DNA from: Octopus vulgaris
Taxonomy: Eukaryota
Length of the DNA stretch: 64,000 nt
NCBI GenBank assembly: GCA_951406725.2
Contig: OX597822.1
Span: forward strand, 26,412,001 to 26,476,000
Direction of reading: 5' to 3'
The notes under the pieces were generated by a model that was not told the origin of the DNA, made no database searches, and saw only the letters and a program-made list of their open reading frames with translations. Both the position numbers and the translations under genes were made by a program. How positions within the stretch are numbered: position 1 is the first letter of the stretch; every line of letters begins with the position of its first letter. This document shows positions 37,535-51,330 of the stretch, one piece after another.

Positions 37535-37938
37535 GTGAGTACTCTATTATCGACTTATTGTGTACCGCTGCTACTGTCATTCCATCTCTCCCATCCAATA
37601 TATCTAGCTTCTAAAAAAAAATTTTGGTGCCACCGTTACAGTCCATTTGAATGTTTGATTTAGTGAAACTGCTATAAGATACAAAGTCTAGCTAACATTT
37701 ATTTTTACACTATGTCTACTGTTGGTACCCTGGTAAAATGAAACCAGTAACATGGACGATTGATGATGCAAAGGGCAACCAGCCATAAAACCAAAGCCAA
37801 ATTAAAATGAGCAATTTGTGGACTTCTAACCTGTCGTGGCGAAAAATAACTCTGAATAAGTGTGGTAAGCTGATTTAAGATGGTGATAAAGTGAAGGCCA
37901 AATTGTTATTATTTATTATTATTATTATTGTTATTATG

Positions 37939-38362
37939 AGGCTGTGAGCTGGCAGAATTGTTAGCATGCTGGGATAAATACTTAGTGGCATTTCGTCTGT
38001 CTGCATGTTCCACTGAGGTAGAATTTACCTTCCATCCTTTTGGGGGTCAATAAATCAAGTACCAGTGAAATACTGGGGTCAATGTAATCAATTAGTCCCC
38101 TCCCACAAAGTTTCAGGCCTTGTGCCTATAGTAGAAAGAATTATTATTATTGGGGAGCTGGCAGAGTTGTTAGTGCACTGGACAAAATATTTAGTGGCCT
38201 TTCATTTGTCTTTATGTTCTGAGTTCAAACTCCACTGAGGTTGACTTTGCCTTTCATCCATTTAGGGTTGATAAAATAATTACCAGTTGAATACTGGGGG
38301 GTCAATGTAATTGACTTACCCATCCTCTAAAATTGCTGGCCTTATGCCAAAATTTGAAATCA
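37939..38362 (+). mobile_element. Two tandem SINE family A copies
   Basis: Two GAGCTGGCAGA...CCTTYCATCC...TACCAGT units separated by (ATT)n. Confidence 0.75.
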
Positions 38363-38832
38363 ATATTATTTTATGTGTATGAAGAGAGGGAAAGTCTTCC
38401 TCAGTTGTTTTCAATTAAGTTATAATGTCCTTCCTACCCTCACTCTCTCTGAACACACATGCATTCATGTGTGTGTGTGTGTGTGCATAATTGTCTCCAG
38501 CACCAAAAGATATTACCACTGAAACTGGCTCAATGCCCAGTTGGCCATGCTAGATTGCCATTATTCAAACAGCTGCGCTCAATCATTTTATTCTAGATGC
38601 AGGTTGCCCATACATTTCATTTTTACATATTTTCTATGGCTGTATGCTTTTTTCTTATCAGCCACATTACAAAGTATACTGAGTGAATTTAATTGCTCTA
38701 GGATGTTATGTAAGGAGAATTAAAGAATCCCCTCTTCTACCAGTCTCTACAAGGAGCTTGCAATGTGTCATGCAAGCTCCATGTCTCATTTATATATTCC
38801 TTCAATGGTAACAGGAAGACTTAATTATAAAA

Positions 38833-39064
38833 AGGCGGCGTGCTGGCAGAAACGTTAGCGCGCCGGGCGAAATGCTTAGCGGTATTTCGTCTGCCGTTAC
38901 GTTCTGAGTTCAAATTCCGCCAAGGTAGACTTTGCCTTTCATCCTTTCGGGGTCGATAAATAAAGTACCAGTTTCACACTGGGGTCGGTGTAATCGACTT
39001 AATCCCTTTGTCTGTCTTTGTTTGTCCCCTCTATGTTTAGCCCCTTGTGGGTAGTAAAGAAATA
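38833..39064 (+). mobile_element. SINE family A, young full-length copy
   Basis: GGCGGCGTGCTGGCAGAAACGTTAGCG...GAGTTCAAATTCC...GCCTTTCATCCTTTCGGGGTCGATAAATAAAGTACC. Confidence 0.85.
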
Positions 39065-39427
39065 TATAAAAAGGCAGTGATCTGATACAGCCTGACACAA
39101 AAGCTTCTTCATTATGTGGGTAAGTAGGAAGGGCAGGGTTGCCCTTTCATGAAGTTTGCTGTTTGGTTGGTGGTAAGAGTTATAAAGGCGTCCAAAGCGA
39201 CTAACAGGTTTAGTCCACATTACTCCGTAAGGTGCATAGGGTCGGTTTCCCTGTTTCTCTAGTATGTATATTCCTCCCTGGTCAGGGTGGACTGGAGCAA
39301 TGTGAAATGAAGTATTTTTGCTCAAGGACACAACACATTACAATTGAAATTACAGTCTTACAATCACAAGTCCAAAGCAATTACTGTCTTACACTACCAT
39401 ATTAAAAGTGGCGGTATATACTAGATA

Positions 39428-39661
39428 AGGCGGTGAGCTGGCAGAAACGTTAGCACGCCAGGCGAAATGCGTAGCCGTATTTCGTCTGCCGTTATGTTGT
39501 GAGTTCAAATTCTGCCGAGGTCGACTTTGCCTTTCATCCTTTCGGGGTCGATAAATTAAGTACCAGTTATGCACTGGGGTCGATGTAATCGACTTAATAC
39601 CTATGTCTGTCCTTGTTTGTCCCCTCTATGTTTAGCCCCTTGTGGGTAATAAAGAAATAGG
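39428..39661 (+). mobile_element. SINE family A, young full-length copy
   Basis: Near-identical to 38833; flanked by the similar GGTATATACTAGATA / GGTGTATACTGGATA (TSD-like). Confidence 0.85.
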
Positions 39662-39855
39662 TGTATACTGGATATAATAATGCTAAATATAATATATCAC
39701 AAAAGAAGATATAATGACCACCAGTAAATGATGCAGATGCATCACGGTAATTATCATTGTGCTTCAGAATGGTGATATTTTATGTCTTTTAAAGTATTAT
39801 TTGCTAAAAAAAAATTTGATTTTGTGTAATATTTTTGTTTCTGTTTATTTTAAAG

Positions 39856-39936
39856 GAATGAAGATTGTGAATATGACCCACAATTTTTGAAAAATGGAAT
39901 GAACTATTGGTTAAGGAAAAAGAAAGAAACAATACG
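39856..39936 (+). CDS. PUSL1: PUSL1 coding exon 4
   Basis: (K)NEDCEYDPQFLKNGMNYWLRKKKETI(R) aligns to the LN..L...IR segment; AAG acceptor and CG|GTTAGT donor; phases 2 to 2. Confidence 0.85.
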
Positions 39937-40114
39937 GTTAGTTTTTTTTTTCTTTTTTGTTTTCAAGTTTTTTTTTCCTCATCAAATGTGTCTACTAATG
40001 TTCCAGCATTCTGGATGAGAAATAATCTCCCTGTAAATAAATCTAGTTTCGAGTTCCATATGGGTTATATTCCCTTTCACATTCTGCAACTAATGCACTA
40101 AGTATGATAAATTC

Positions 40115-40349
40115 TCCATCCGTTCGTGGCCGTTTGCCAGCTCTGTCTGGCACCTGTGCGGGTGGCACGTAAAAAGCACCCACTACACTCACGGAGTGGT
40201 TGGCATTAGGAAGGGCATCCAGCCGTAGAAACACTGCCAGATCTGACTGGGCCTGATGAAGCCTTCCAGCTTCATGGACCCCAGTTGAACCGTCCAACCC
40301 ATGCTAGCATGGAGAACGGACGCTAAATGATGATGATGATGATGATGAT
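40115..40349 (+). mobile_element. RTE-LINE 3' tail
   Basis: Signature motifs; near-identical to part of the 47772 copy. Confidence 0.8.
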
Positions 40350-40963
40350 TACCAAAAATTCCAGATGTCATTCTAGACCAGTGGCTCTCAGCTGGAGTCC
40401 CCATACCCCTTGGGGGTCTATATAAGATTACGTTGTTAAAACTTATGTGCTATAAACTGGTTATATTCCTACATGTGAAGGTGCATGGCTCAGTGGTTAG
40501 AGTGTTTGGCTCACAATCATGAGGTAGTCAGTTTGATTCCTGTACTGGGCTGAGTGATGTGTTCTTGAGCAAGACACTTTATTTCATGTTGCTGCAGTTC
40601 ACCCAGCTGTAGAAATGAGTTGCGATGTCACTGGTGCCAAGCTGTATCAGCCTTTGCCTTTCCCTTGGATAACATCGGTGACGTGGAAAAGGGAAGCTGG
40701 TATGCATCTGGCCTTCAAAAACCTGCTCCAACAAACTTTGTCTGACTCCTGCAAGCATGAAGAAGTGGACGTTAAAACGATGTGAATTGGTGTAAATATC
40801 GCTGTATAAGGGAAGTAACTTTGGTAAATTTAAACTCTTGCCAGAGATCAATAAAATAAATATGGAGATTGATGTGGTTGATTTATTGGTTTGTTAGTTT
40901 CTTTTTTTCTTTCTTTCTTTCTTTCCCTGAAGAACTTGTACCTTGTAAAATTCTTAATTTTAG

Positions 40964-41125
40964 GATCACCAATGTCCTCAGAGTAAATGATGACTTTCAT
41001 TGCCGACGTCAGATTAAAAAACGTTCCTACATGTACCGTGTTGCTGTTCCCTTTAAAGAAATAGCACCCCAAACTGGTTACTCTGCATTAACTATCTTGG
41101 AGAAAAATAATGCATTCATTCTTTG
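40964..41125 (+). CDS. PUSL1: PUSL1 coding exon 5
   Basis: ITNVLRVNDDFHCRRQIKKRSYMYRV fits the TruA V..DFHAR.....R.Y.YR motif; TTTTAG acceptor and TG|GTAAG donor; phases 2 to 2. Confidence 0.92.
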
Positions 41126-41148
41126 GTAAGATACATTCAGATCTTATG

Positions 41149-41187
<39 letters not shown>

Positions 41188-41904
41188 ATCTCACTATCAT
41201 GTCTCCATCATGTCTGCGTCACTATCCTCTCTCTCATATGTCTTATTCTTATTTGTCACATCTTCCACTTCTCCTCCTCCAATAGGGTGTAATTTGAGGA
41301 CAATTAGGTTGCTATTTCTTTTAGTTGTAGCCAGTGGAGTAAACTGTAAGGCTTGGTATTCATACAATCACCCACCTAATTCCCAGAGCATCTATGTACT
41401 TGTTAGAAATAGCGACCATTCATCTTCAGATTACACCTTATTATCATAAGAAAAGAAGGACTTGTTGAATAACGTAGTCTTGGAAACTCTTAAAAAGGCA
41501 AGATGGTCATGGCTGGAATGCCTTTGATCATAATCTGCTCTATTAAGATTAACTCGAGACTAAGCAACAATATTGTCCTTCTTCATAATCAGTTTTCGGG
41601 TCTTGCACATGAGGCGCTGGACTGGCTGAATCACGAGAGCATCAAGCAAATTTGTCTTACAGTGTTTGTTTCAGTTCTTTACATACTCAGTTCAAATTCT
41701 GTCAGTCATCCTTGCCATTTATCCTTCCAGGATTGATAAAATAAAGTACCAGTTAAATCAGTGGGTTGATGGAATCATTAATACATTGAACAACTTTTTG
41801 CATTTTAAGTTTTTTGGGGGACAACATTGAACTGAGCTGTATTGGACCTTGCCTTTCCTTTGAGCAACAGCCATGGCATTAGAGACTGGGAACATGTTCT
41901 TTTC

Positions 41905-42287
41905 TACTTTAGGTACAAGGCTCGAAATTTTTTGGGGAAGGGACTTAGTACCCCAGTGCACAACTGGTACTTAATTTATCGACCCCGAAAAGATGAAAGA
42001 ACAAAATCAACCTCAGTGGAATTTGAACTCAGAACATAGTGAAGACGAAATACCTATTCCTTTACTACCCACAAGGGGCTAAACACAGAGAGGACAAACA
42101 AGGACAGACAAACGGATTAAGTCGATTATATCAACCTCAGTACGTAACTGGTACTCATTTAATTGACCCTGGAAAGATGAAAGGCAAAGTCAACCTCAGC
42201 GGAATTTGAACTCAGAACATAAAGACAGACAATATACCGCTAAGCATTTTGCCTGGTGCGCTAATGTGCCTGCCAGCTCGCCATCTT
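41905..42287 (-). mobile_element. Two adjacent SINE family A copies
   Basis: Reverse-complement cores and the CCCACAAGGGGCTAAAC tail. Confidence 0.75.
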
Positions 42288-42953
42288 GACTGGGAACATG
42301 CTTCTGTTGAAATACACTGTCTTTGTTACAATTAATTTTGAAAAGAATGAAGAACTCAATAAAATAACTTTGCCATTATATGACATTATAATTTTTATAA
42401 CTTAAATTATTTTGCTGGGAGGTTTTGCATTTAAATCACTTTAAAATAGAGAAATTGTAATATGTATACTGTTTATATTAGGAGGTCTGCTGTCCTCATC
42501 TTGATTGTTGCAACAATCACAATGAGGACACCAGTATACACAATATGAATTCCTCATCTCAGAAATTGTAAGGAGATTGTATCTTAGAACAAGGGGTGGT
42601 CTCAAGTTAGTTGGTATCAAACAGGTTAATAGATGTTATACTTGGAATATGTCGCAGCTGAATTGGAAGAGCCAGTCTTTTGCAATGCAAACAGTGTTGA
42701 TATAATAATAAATAATAAGGCTTAAAAATTCTGGCCAATTTGAGAAATGATCTCTGTGAGCTGGAGCGGTTGCTGCAGTGAGTGTTGCTGACAATTCTCC
42801 GCTGCAACGCCATCGTGACCATCCCTGCAGAACATGCCATTTGTTCTGGAGTTTGTGGCCCATTGCTCCCTCTCCCTCCATCTTCCACTGCTCTAACCCC
42901 CACCGTTTTTCTTTTTTCTTTTTCTTTTTCTTTTTTTTTCTAGTTTTTGTATT

Positions 42954-43164
42954 TTAACCTTTTTAGCATTCAGATTACTCTTTTGAATTTAATACTTATT
43001 CATTCACATTGTTTTGAATTAATCATGCACTATCTTTTGTTTTGAGATTTTGAAGATGTGATTGTTTATGATTTGAATGACATTGTCACATAGGTGTGAG
43101 AGGTCAGATCTGGCCAGTTTGAACATAGAACTGGATATGGCCAGTTAAAATGCTAAAGAGTTAA
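42954..43164. mobile_element. piggyBac-like MITE
   Basis: TTAA-CCTTTTTAGCATT...AATGCTAAAGAG-TTAA termini. Confidence 0.6.
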
Positions 43165-43262
43165 ATGCTATAATTTAAAATGCGATTTGTTAGATAAGAA
43201 ATTTTGATTGGAAAATAACTATTTATTTCTGAATTTATTTTTATTTATGTGTTTACACCTAG

Positions 43263-43488
43263 GAAACCCATAGACATGGGGAAATTCATGAGTGCTGCTG
43301 AAGCAATGGTTGGAACTCATGACTTCACTGCTTTTACGACAGTCAAGTCACTACGAGAGAAAAATGAGTCACCCATGAGAACTGTCTCAATCGAAATAAA
43401 ACTCGGCAGGACTGCTCTAAAGCAACATAATCCTGGCTTGGAATTTTGGGAGGTATACGTCCACAGCCGGTCCTTTTTGTTCAGGCAG
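43263..43488 (+). CDS. PUSL1: PUSL1 coding exon 6
   Basis: DMGKFMSAAEAMVGTHDFTAF...PMRT...SRSFLFRQ contains the TruA GTHDF and SFL.RQ motifs; donor CAG|GTAAG; phases 2 to 0. Confidence 0.95.
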
Positions 43489-43680
43489 GTAAGCTGTTAG
43501 CATGTAGCTTAATTTTCTTGCTTAGATATCATCTTCATCATTTAACATCTGTTTTCCATGCTGGCATGGATTGGATGGTTTGACCAATGTTTGCTAGGTA
43601 GAAGACTGCACCAGGCTTCACTGTCTATTTTGGCTGGGTTTTTACAGCCAACCACATTACAGAATGGACTTATGTATATA

Positions 43681-44002
43681 TCATCATCACCATCATCATC
43701 GTTTAATGTCCATTTTCCATGCTAGCACGGGTTGGACGGTCCGACCGGGGTCTGGGAAGCCAGGAGGCTGCACCAAGCTTCAGTCTGATCTGGCAGTGTT
43801 TCTACAGCTGGATGCCCTTCCTAACACCAACCACTCCGTGAGTGTAGTGGGTGCTTTTTACGTGCCACCAGCACAAGTGCCAGGGAGGTAGGCAGTGGCC
43901 ACGATCGGTTGGTGCTTTTTACGTTCCACTGGCACAGAAGCCAGTCATGGTGGCGCTGGCATTGGCCACGTTCGGATGGTGCTTTTTATGTGCCACCGGC
44001 AC
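43681..44002 (-). mobile_element. RTE-LINE 3' tail
   Basis: Signature motifs. Confidence 0.8.
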
Positions 44003-45193
44003 ATATATATCTTTAAAATTCTTGCTGTGTTTTTTGAGGCAGGTGCTTGGTTCTCTGCTTAGGAACCGAAAGGCACAGACATGATTCTGTAATTAAGATC
44101 ACTTTGCAAGCACATGTTTCCAAGTGCAGTTCCACTGTCTGGCACCTTGGGCAAGTGTCTTTTACTGTAGCCCCAGGCTGACCAATGCCATGTGAATGAA
44201 TTTGCTAGACAAAATCTGTGTGGAAGCTTGTCATGTATGTGTGTGTGTGTGTGTGTAAGCATGTTTTTGTGTTTGTGGTTGTTTTCCACACACACACGTA
44301 CACTGCTTGACAACAAATGTTGGTTTATTTACATCCCCATAACTTAGCAGTTCAGTAAAATAGACCAATAAAATAAGTGCAAGACTTAAAAATTAAGTAC
44401 TGGGGTCGATTTGTTTGACCAAACCCTTCAAGGTGGTGCTATTATATTTTTGCTAGAGCACTACCCTGAAGGGTGTTGATTATCTCTAGTCTTCCACGTA
44501 AAACATGTTTTGTTAAGGGAAATGTCATCTTGCTTGGAAAAAGATAGGCTTTGGTGTTAGGACGGGTGTCTGACTGTGGAAAATTTACCACAATGAATTT
44601 TATCTGAGTTATGCAAGCATGGAAAAGTGGATGCTAAATGGTGATGTTGATAACGATATACGATATACATTTATTCATTCTTTTACATCCTATTTTCCAT
44701 GCTAGCACTGTTAGACTATACTACAGCCTCTGGCCGACCAAAGCCTTGTGAATGAATTTGGTAAATGGGAACTGAAAGTGTATAATATTGGTTTCAAATT
44801 TTGGCATAAGGTCAGTAATTTTGACCTTAGATCAATTACACCTACTCCAGTGCTCAACTTATTTTATCGACCCTGTAAGGGATGAAAGGTAAAGTCGACC
44901 TTGATGAGCTTTGAACTCAGAATGTTAAGACAGACAAAATGCTGCTAAGGCATTTTGCCCGACATACAAATGATTCTGCTGGCTTGCCATCTTGGACAAG
45001 TACATAATGCTGAGGCATTGTTTTACGGCTGGATGCTCTTTCTGTAGGTAACCCACAACTGTTTTATGAGTCTGGGATTTTTTTAATTTTACGCAGCTTT
45101 CAAAGCACACTGTCAACAGACAATTTGTTTGATGTGGATTTGACAACAAAGATCACCATTTACAGACAGTGAAACTGCAACCATGTTGGGACA

Positions 45194-45515
45194 TCATCAT
45201 CATCGTTTAACGTCTGCTTTCCATGCTAGCATGGGTTGGACGATTCAACTGGGGTCTGGGAAGCCAGGAGGCTGCACCAGGCCCAGTCTGATCTGGCAAT
45301 GTTTCTACAGCTAGATGCCCTTCCTAACACCAACCACTCCGTGAGTGTAGTGGGTGCTTTTTACGTGCCAAACGAGGCTGGCAACAGCCACGATCGGATG
45401 GTGCTTTTTACGTGCCACCGGCATGGAGGCCAGTCGGGGCAGCGCTGGCAACGGCCATGTTCGGATGGTTCTCTTACGTGCCACCAGCACTGGTATCACA
45501 ACTACAATTTCCATT
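45194..45515 (-). mobile_element. RTE-LINE 3' tail
   Basis: Signature motifs. Confidence 0.8.
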
Positions 45516-45984
45516 TAACCAATTATTTATATGGATCTCATTACTTAATCTGTTACTTATTTTAGTGATTTCTGTTTAACAAACGAATGAGTTAACCAAT
45601 TTTTACAGGTGTCAATACATTTAATGTATATCCAGACACACAAATATACACATCATCATCATCATCATCATCATCATTTAATGTCTGCCTTCTATACTGG
45701 CACGGTTTGGATAGTTTGACTGAAAACTGGTAAGCTGGGGAGCTGCACCATATATGTTATAATTACAGTTTAGATTTAAACTGTATTTTGGGTATCTCTC
45801 CAATAGTGTGCCAGCAAAGCATGTTCACTGCTTATGGCTATCTGGTGTCATCCACTGTAATTGTACAATCATTGCTGGATCTATATTAGAAATTCCACAG
45901 TGCATGTTGAGTATAGTAGAAACAATTGACATGGAAGATAGAAAATCTTCTGTATCAATTGTTTTTACTATATATATATGTGTG

Positions 45985-46285
45985 TGGAGGTGCAATGGCC
46001 CAGTGGTTAGGGCAGCGAACTCGCGCTTATAGGATCGCGGTTTCAATTCCCAGACCGTGCGTTGTGAGTGTTTATTGAGCGAAAACACCTAAAGCTCCAC
46101 AAAGCTCCAGCAGGGGGTGGTGGCGATTCCTGCCGTATATTTTTGCCACAACTTTCTCTCACTCTTTCCTCTGTTGATCTGCTCACTTAGCCAGCAGGGT
46201 GGCATCATTTGAAGGCTAAAACAATGCGAAGCACATTGTGACCAGCGATGTGTAGAAACCTCTGATAGCCTGGTTGGTCATGGTG
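45985..46285 (+). mobile_element. tRNA-derived SINE (family B-related)
   Basis: GGAGGTGCAATGGCCCAGTGGTTAGGGC head and GGTTTCAATTCC B-box; the copy at ~49390-49770 (minus) shares the head. Confidence 0.75.
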
Positions 46286-46619
46286 ATATATATATATATA
46301 AAGTTTCCATGTGCCAAGTTACACTTATAAAGCATTAGACAACAGGTGAAGACATTTTTGGGTGGTGCAGAAAGATAAAATCTAGAATCATGTGGTTGCA
46401 AAACCAAGTTCTTAGCCATATAGCCATACCTGTACCTCCACTATATATGACTGTGTGGTTAGCAGTTCAGTCCCACTGTGTAGATAGTGTCGGTTGCATC
46501 CCATATTGTATTATCCGGCCATAGAAAACCTCTGCCTCAACATAGTCTCCTCTAAGCCATGCAAACATGGAAAAATAGACATTAAACTGATGATGATGAC
46601 AATGGTGACAATATATATA

Positions 46620-47082
46620 TGCATTGCAATTCCGTATGGGAGTGAGACATGGTGTTTGAGGGTGAGCAAGGTGGCAATTTTGAGAAGGACTGAGAGAGCA
46701 GTAGTGAGAGAAATGTGTGGCATCAGGCTGTTTGATAAGAGGAAGACTGAGGACTTGATGGGGATGTTGGGGTTGGAGGAATCAGTGAAACAGCTGGCAA
46801 GGGCAAATGGAGTGCAGTGGTATGGGCATGTGTTGAGGAGGGATGAGGAACATGTTCTGAAGAGGGTGCTAGAGTTTGAGGTAAATAGACAGTGAAAGTG
46901 AGGTAAACCAAGGAAAATGTGGAGGGGACAGGTGGAGGAGGAGATTGGAAGGGTTGGCTTGAGAAGGATGGATGCCCCAAACCGAGCAAGATGGTGTGAG
47001 TGCGGTTGCTATGGCACTGAGGTAAATCCAGCCACTCCCATTAACGAGGACAAAGCCTGAATCAAAATGATGGATGATGATG
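46620..47082 (+). mobile_element. 5'-truncated RTE LINE of a second family
   Basis: ORF 46494-46895 PYGSETWCLR...VREMCG...QWYGHVLRRDEEHVLKRVLEFEV is an RTE RT C-terminus; GAT-rich tail. Confidence 0.9.
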
Positions 47083-47605
47083 TGTATGTGTGTTTAACAG
47101 GTGCAGACATGGTTGTGTGGTTTCAGGTTCAGTCCCACAGCATGGCACTTTGAGCACATACCTTCTCTTGTATCTCCAAACTGACTAGTGATGATGATGA
47201 TGATAATGATGAACATGGGATTGACCTTGGATGACCATGGGATTGACCTAGACAGACCCATGGAATGACCATGAGATTGACCTAGAAAGTTACCCTTCAG
47301 GGCCCAAATTTAGGCAAGGTTGTTTATGGAAGTCACACATACATCCCACCAATGTTATCCAAGGGAAAGGCAAAGGCCAATACAGCTTGGCACCAGTGAT
47401 GTTGCAACTCATTTCTACAGGTGTGTGAATTGGTGCAATGTGAAATAAAGTGTCTTGCTCAAGAACAGAACACACTGCCTGGTCCAAGAAAACTCACTAC
47501 CTCATAATTGTGAACCTGACACTCTAACCACTGAGCCATGTGCATTCATTTATATATAAATATATATATACATATGGTCATTTTCATAGCATTTTTGTTT
47601 GTCTT

Positions 47606-47670
47606 AATAACTGATGAGATGCCAAGCAGATTTCTGCCCCAACATCTGAAAATCGGAGTTTTATCATGGC
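47606..47670 (+). ncRNA. Type-I hammerhead ribozyme motif, diverged copy of the 54.3-kb family
   Basis: ATAA-CTGATGA (47611-47617), GATG...CATC stem II, GAAA 47648-47651, ATCGGAG-TT, TTATCATGGC. Confidence 0.55.
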
Positions 47671-47771
47671 TACCGAATAATTGTCACACATTACATTTAC
47701 AGATAAATTCCTCTGTTTACATAATATCGAGGTCTCATTCATTCTTTTGTTGCCATACTATTACTATTAAT

Positions 47772-48318
47772 GAAGACCTGTTGAGGCAAGTGAGGATCAG
47801 AATCGAAATCAATCAATGGAAATTGCAGATGTGTTACCAGTGCCGGTGGCATGTCGAAACTCTACTTGTGAAGACCTGTTGAGGCAAGTGAGGATCAGAA
47901 TCGAAATCGATCAATGGAAATTGCAGATGTGTTACCAGTGCCGGTGGCATGTAAGAGAACCTTCTGTTTCGCGACCGTTGCCAGAGCCACCCCGACTGGC
48001 CTCATGCCGGTGGCACGTAAAAAGCACCATCCATTCATGTCTGTTGCCAGCCTCGCCTGGCCCTCGTGCCGGTGGCACATAAAAAGCACCATCCGTTCGT
48101 GGCCGTTTGCCAGCTCTGTCTGGCACCTGTGCGGGTGGCACGTAAAAAGCACCCACTACACTCACGGAGTGGTTGGCGTTAGGAAGGGCATCCAGCCGTA
48201 GAAACACTGCCAGATTTGACTGGGCCTGATGAAGCCTTCTGGCTTCACAGACCCCAGTAGAACCGTCCAACCCATGCTAGCATGAAAAACGGATGCTAAA
48301 CGATGATGATGATGATGA
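47772..48318 (+). mobile_element. RTE-LINE 3' UTR with a 98-bp-period 5' duplication
   Basis: GAAGACCTGTTGAGGCAAGTGAGGATCAGAATCG...GCCGGTGGCATGT occurs at ~47772 and ~47870; (GAT)n end. Confidence 0.85.
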
Positions 48319-48450
48319 TACATATATATATAAATATATTCTTGGTTTAATCAAGAAACTGTTGGGCTTGTCACTTTCACTCACTCACTGAAACTGATGA
48401 GAATGCTGAGATTAGCATTTAGCCAGAATATATATATGTGTGTGTGTGTG

Positions 48451-48694
48451 TGGAGGCACGTGGCTTAGTGGTTAGGGTGTCAGCATCATGATCGTAAGAT
48501 TGTGGTTTCGATTCCTGGACCAGGCGATGCGTTGTGTTCTTGATCAAAATACTTCATTTCACGTTGCTCCAGTCCACTCAGCTGGCAAAAATGAGTAACG
48601 CTGCGATGGACTGGTGTCCTGTCCAGCTGGGGAACACATACGCCATTGAAACTGGGCCTATGAACCTGGCTAGGCTTTAAAAGGGCGCATTTAT

Positions 48695-48696
<2 letters not shown>
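48451..48696 (+). mobile_element. SINE family B
   Basis: Same element as 20663 in the opposite orientation. Confidence 0.85.
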
Positions 48697-48892
<196 letters not shown>

Positions 48893-48899
48893 GGACACA

Positions 48900-49375
48900 T
48901 AACTCTACTTGTGAAGACCTGTTGAGGCAAGTGAAAATCAAATCAAATCAAAATCGATGAACATCAATGGAATTTGTAGTTTTGTGGTACCAGTGCTGGT
49001 GGTACATAAGAAAACCATCCGAACGTGGCCGTAGCCAGTACCACATCGACTGGCCTCCGTGCTGTGGGCACATAACAAACACTATCCGATCATGGCCGTG
49101 CCAGCCTCGCCTGGCCTCCATGGCGGTGGCACGTAAAAAACACCATCCGAGCGTGGCTGTTCACCAGCCTCGTCTGGCACCTGTGTCGGTGGCACAAAAA
49201 AAACACCCACTACACTTACGGAGTGGTTGGCGTTAGGAAGGGCATCCAGCTGTAGAAACACTGCCAGATCTGACTGGCCTGGTGCAGCCTTCGGGCTTCC
49301 CAGACTCCAGTTGAACTGTCCAACCCATGCTAGCATGGAAAGTGGACGTTAAACGATGATGATGATGATGATGAT
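48900..49375 (+). mobile_element. RTE-LINE 3' UTR
   Basis: Four internal GTGGCAC-type subunits and a (GAT)n end. Confidence 0.8.
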
Positions 49376-50629
49376 ATATATATATGTGGAAGCACTCCGT
49401 CGGTTACGACGACGAGGGTTCCTGTTGATCTGATCAACGGAACAGCCTGCTCGTGAAATTAACGTGTAAGTGGCTGAGCACTCCACAGACACGTGTACCC
49501 TTAACATAGTTCTCGGGGATATTCAGCGTGACACAGAGAGTGACAAGGCCGGCCCTTTGAAATACAGGTACAACAGAAACAGGAAGTAAGAGTGAGAGAA
49601 AGTTGTGGTGAAAGAGTACAGCAGGGATCACCACCATCCCTGCCGGAGCCTTGTGGAGCTTTAGTTGTTTTCGCTCAATAAACCCTCACAACGCTTGGTC
49701 TGGGAATCGAAACCGCGATCCTACGACCGCGAGTCCGCTGCCCTAACCACTGGGCCATTGCGCCTCCACATATATATATATATACATATATAAAGTAATA
49801 CCTGCAAGAAAAAACATGGTTAATGTTCTTGGAGTGAAAGGATTGGTTGAAGTTAATGCAGCTGTAGGAGCTGAGAAGAGTGTCAGATGTGTCAAGTATG
49901 CAGCTGACTAGCTCAGAGAGCAAGTGAGATTTTTGGCAATCTGTTGAATGACCATCTTTTGAATAGCAATCAGGAAGTTGTTTAGTATTTGTTTGTTGGA
50001 TAATATAGTGTTAAGGCCAGGTCATCCAAGACCATGGTTGAGCACCAAAAGCATTGGCAGATGTGTAAAGGAGAAAAATGGTGACATAGATGTTATTATG
50101 TGAATAGTTGATGATGATATATATTGAAGAGATGCTGGGGAACTGATGGCTGGTAAATACTCAATACAGAAGTAGATTGCAGAAGACCTGGAAAAGAAAG
50201 TGTTTAATTCAGAGGGAAAACTGTAGAATAGACATTGTACTGTTAATTCATCCTCAACCATCATATACATACAAAGAATACTGGTGGAACACTTCTTTTG
50301 AAACATCTGTCAAGTGTAAATGTTATTTGGGAAAGACAAGCAAATGTATGTGCTTAGGTTAGCTGTCCTGCTGATATGAGTATCTTTTTGAAAATCAAAG
50401 AGGAAGAGGATAAATATGGACAACTGCTTTGAAACCACCAGCTGCTAAGTGACAATATGGATAAGATAAGGTTTTCAGGAAAAGAAATCAACCAATTAAC
50501 TCGCATATTACAAATACAATGTATAAGTGGAACAGTAAAAATATGCAAGATTTTTCTCAAGTTTAAAACGTGACATTATTTTTGTTGTCTACATTTCAAT
50601 AGTGGAGCTTTGTATCTTTGTTAGAAACC

Positions 50630-51330
50630 AGCTCCTACCTCAGCGGTTGGGCCTCAAAGAGGTGATGACTAGTGACTGAGACCTCAGTGATGTGCTGTGC
50701 TTGAGAAGACTCATCAAGCTAAGTGAAATTGTAGTTATGGCCATTGTCAGTAAATGGCATCTTTGAAATCATAGTCGTGGCTATTACCGGTGTCATGCAA
50801 AAGCCATGTAAAAAGCATGCATTACACTCTCAGAGTAGTTGGCATTAGGAAGGGCATCCATCTATAGAGACCATACCAAATCAGACTGGAACCTGGTGAA
50901 GCTTACCAGTTCCAGTTGAATCGTCCAACCCATGCCAGCATGGAAAGCAGGCATTAAATGATGATGATGAAAGACAGATGAGATAGATAGATTCATACAT
51001 CATCATCATCATCGTTAAACATCCGCTTTCCATGCTAGCATGGACTGGACGGTTCGACTGGGGTTTAGGAAGCCAGGAGACTGCACCAGGCTCCAGTCAG
51101 ATCTGGCAGTGTTTCTACAGCTGGATGCACTTCCTAACGCCAACCACTCCGTGAGTGTAGTGGGTGCTTTTTACGTGCCACCGGCACAGGTGCCAGGGGA
51201 GGCTGACAGCGGCCATGTTCGGATGGTGCGTTTTACATGCCACCGGCACAGGTATCACAACTACAATTTCCATTTGATATTTATTTTGATGTTGATGTTG
51301 ATGTACTTGACTCAATAGGTCTCCTCAAGC
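50630..51330. mobile_element. Tail-to-tail pair of RTE 3' fragments
   Basis: The plus copy ends in (GAT)n at ~50969; the minus copy starts with (CAT)n at ~50999. Confidence 0.75.
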
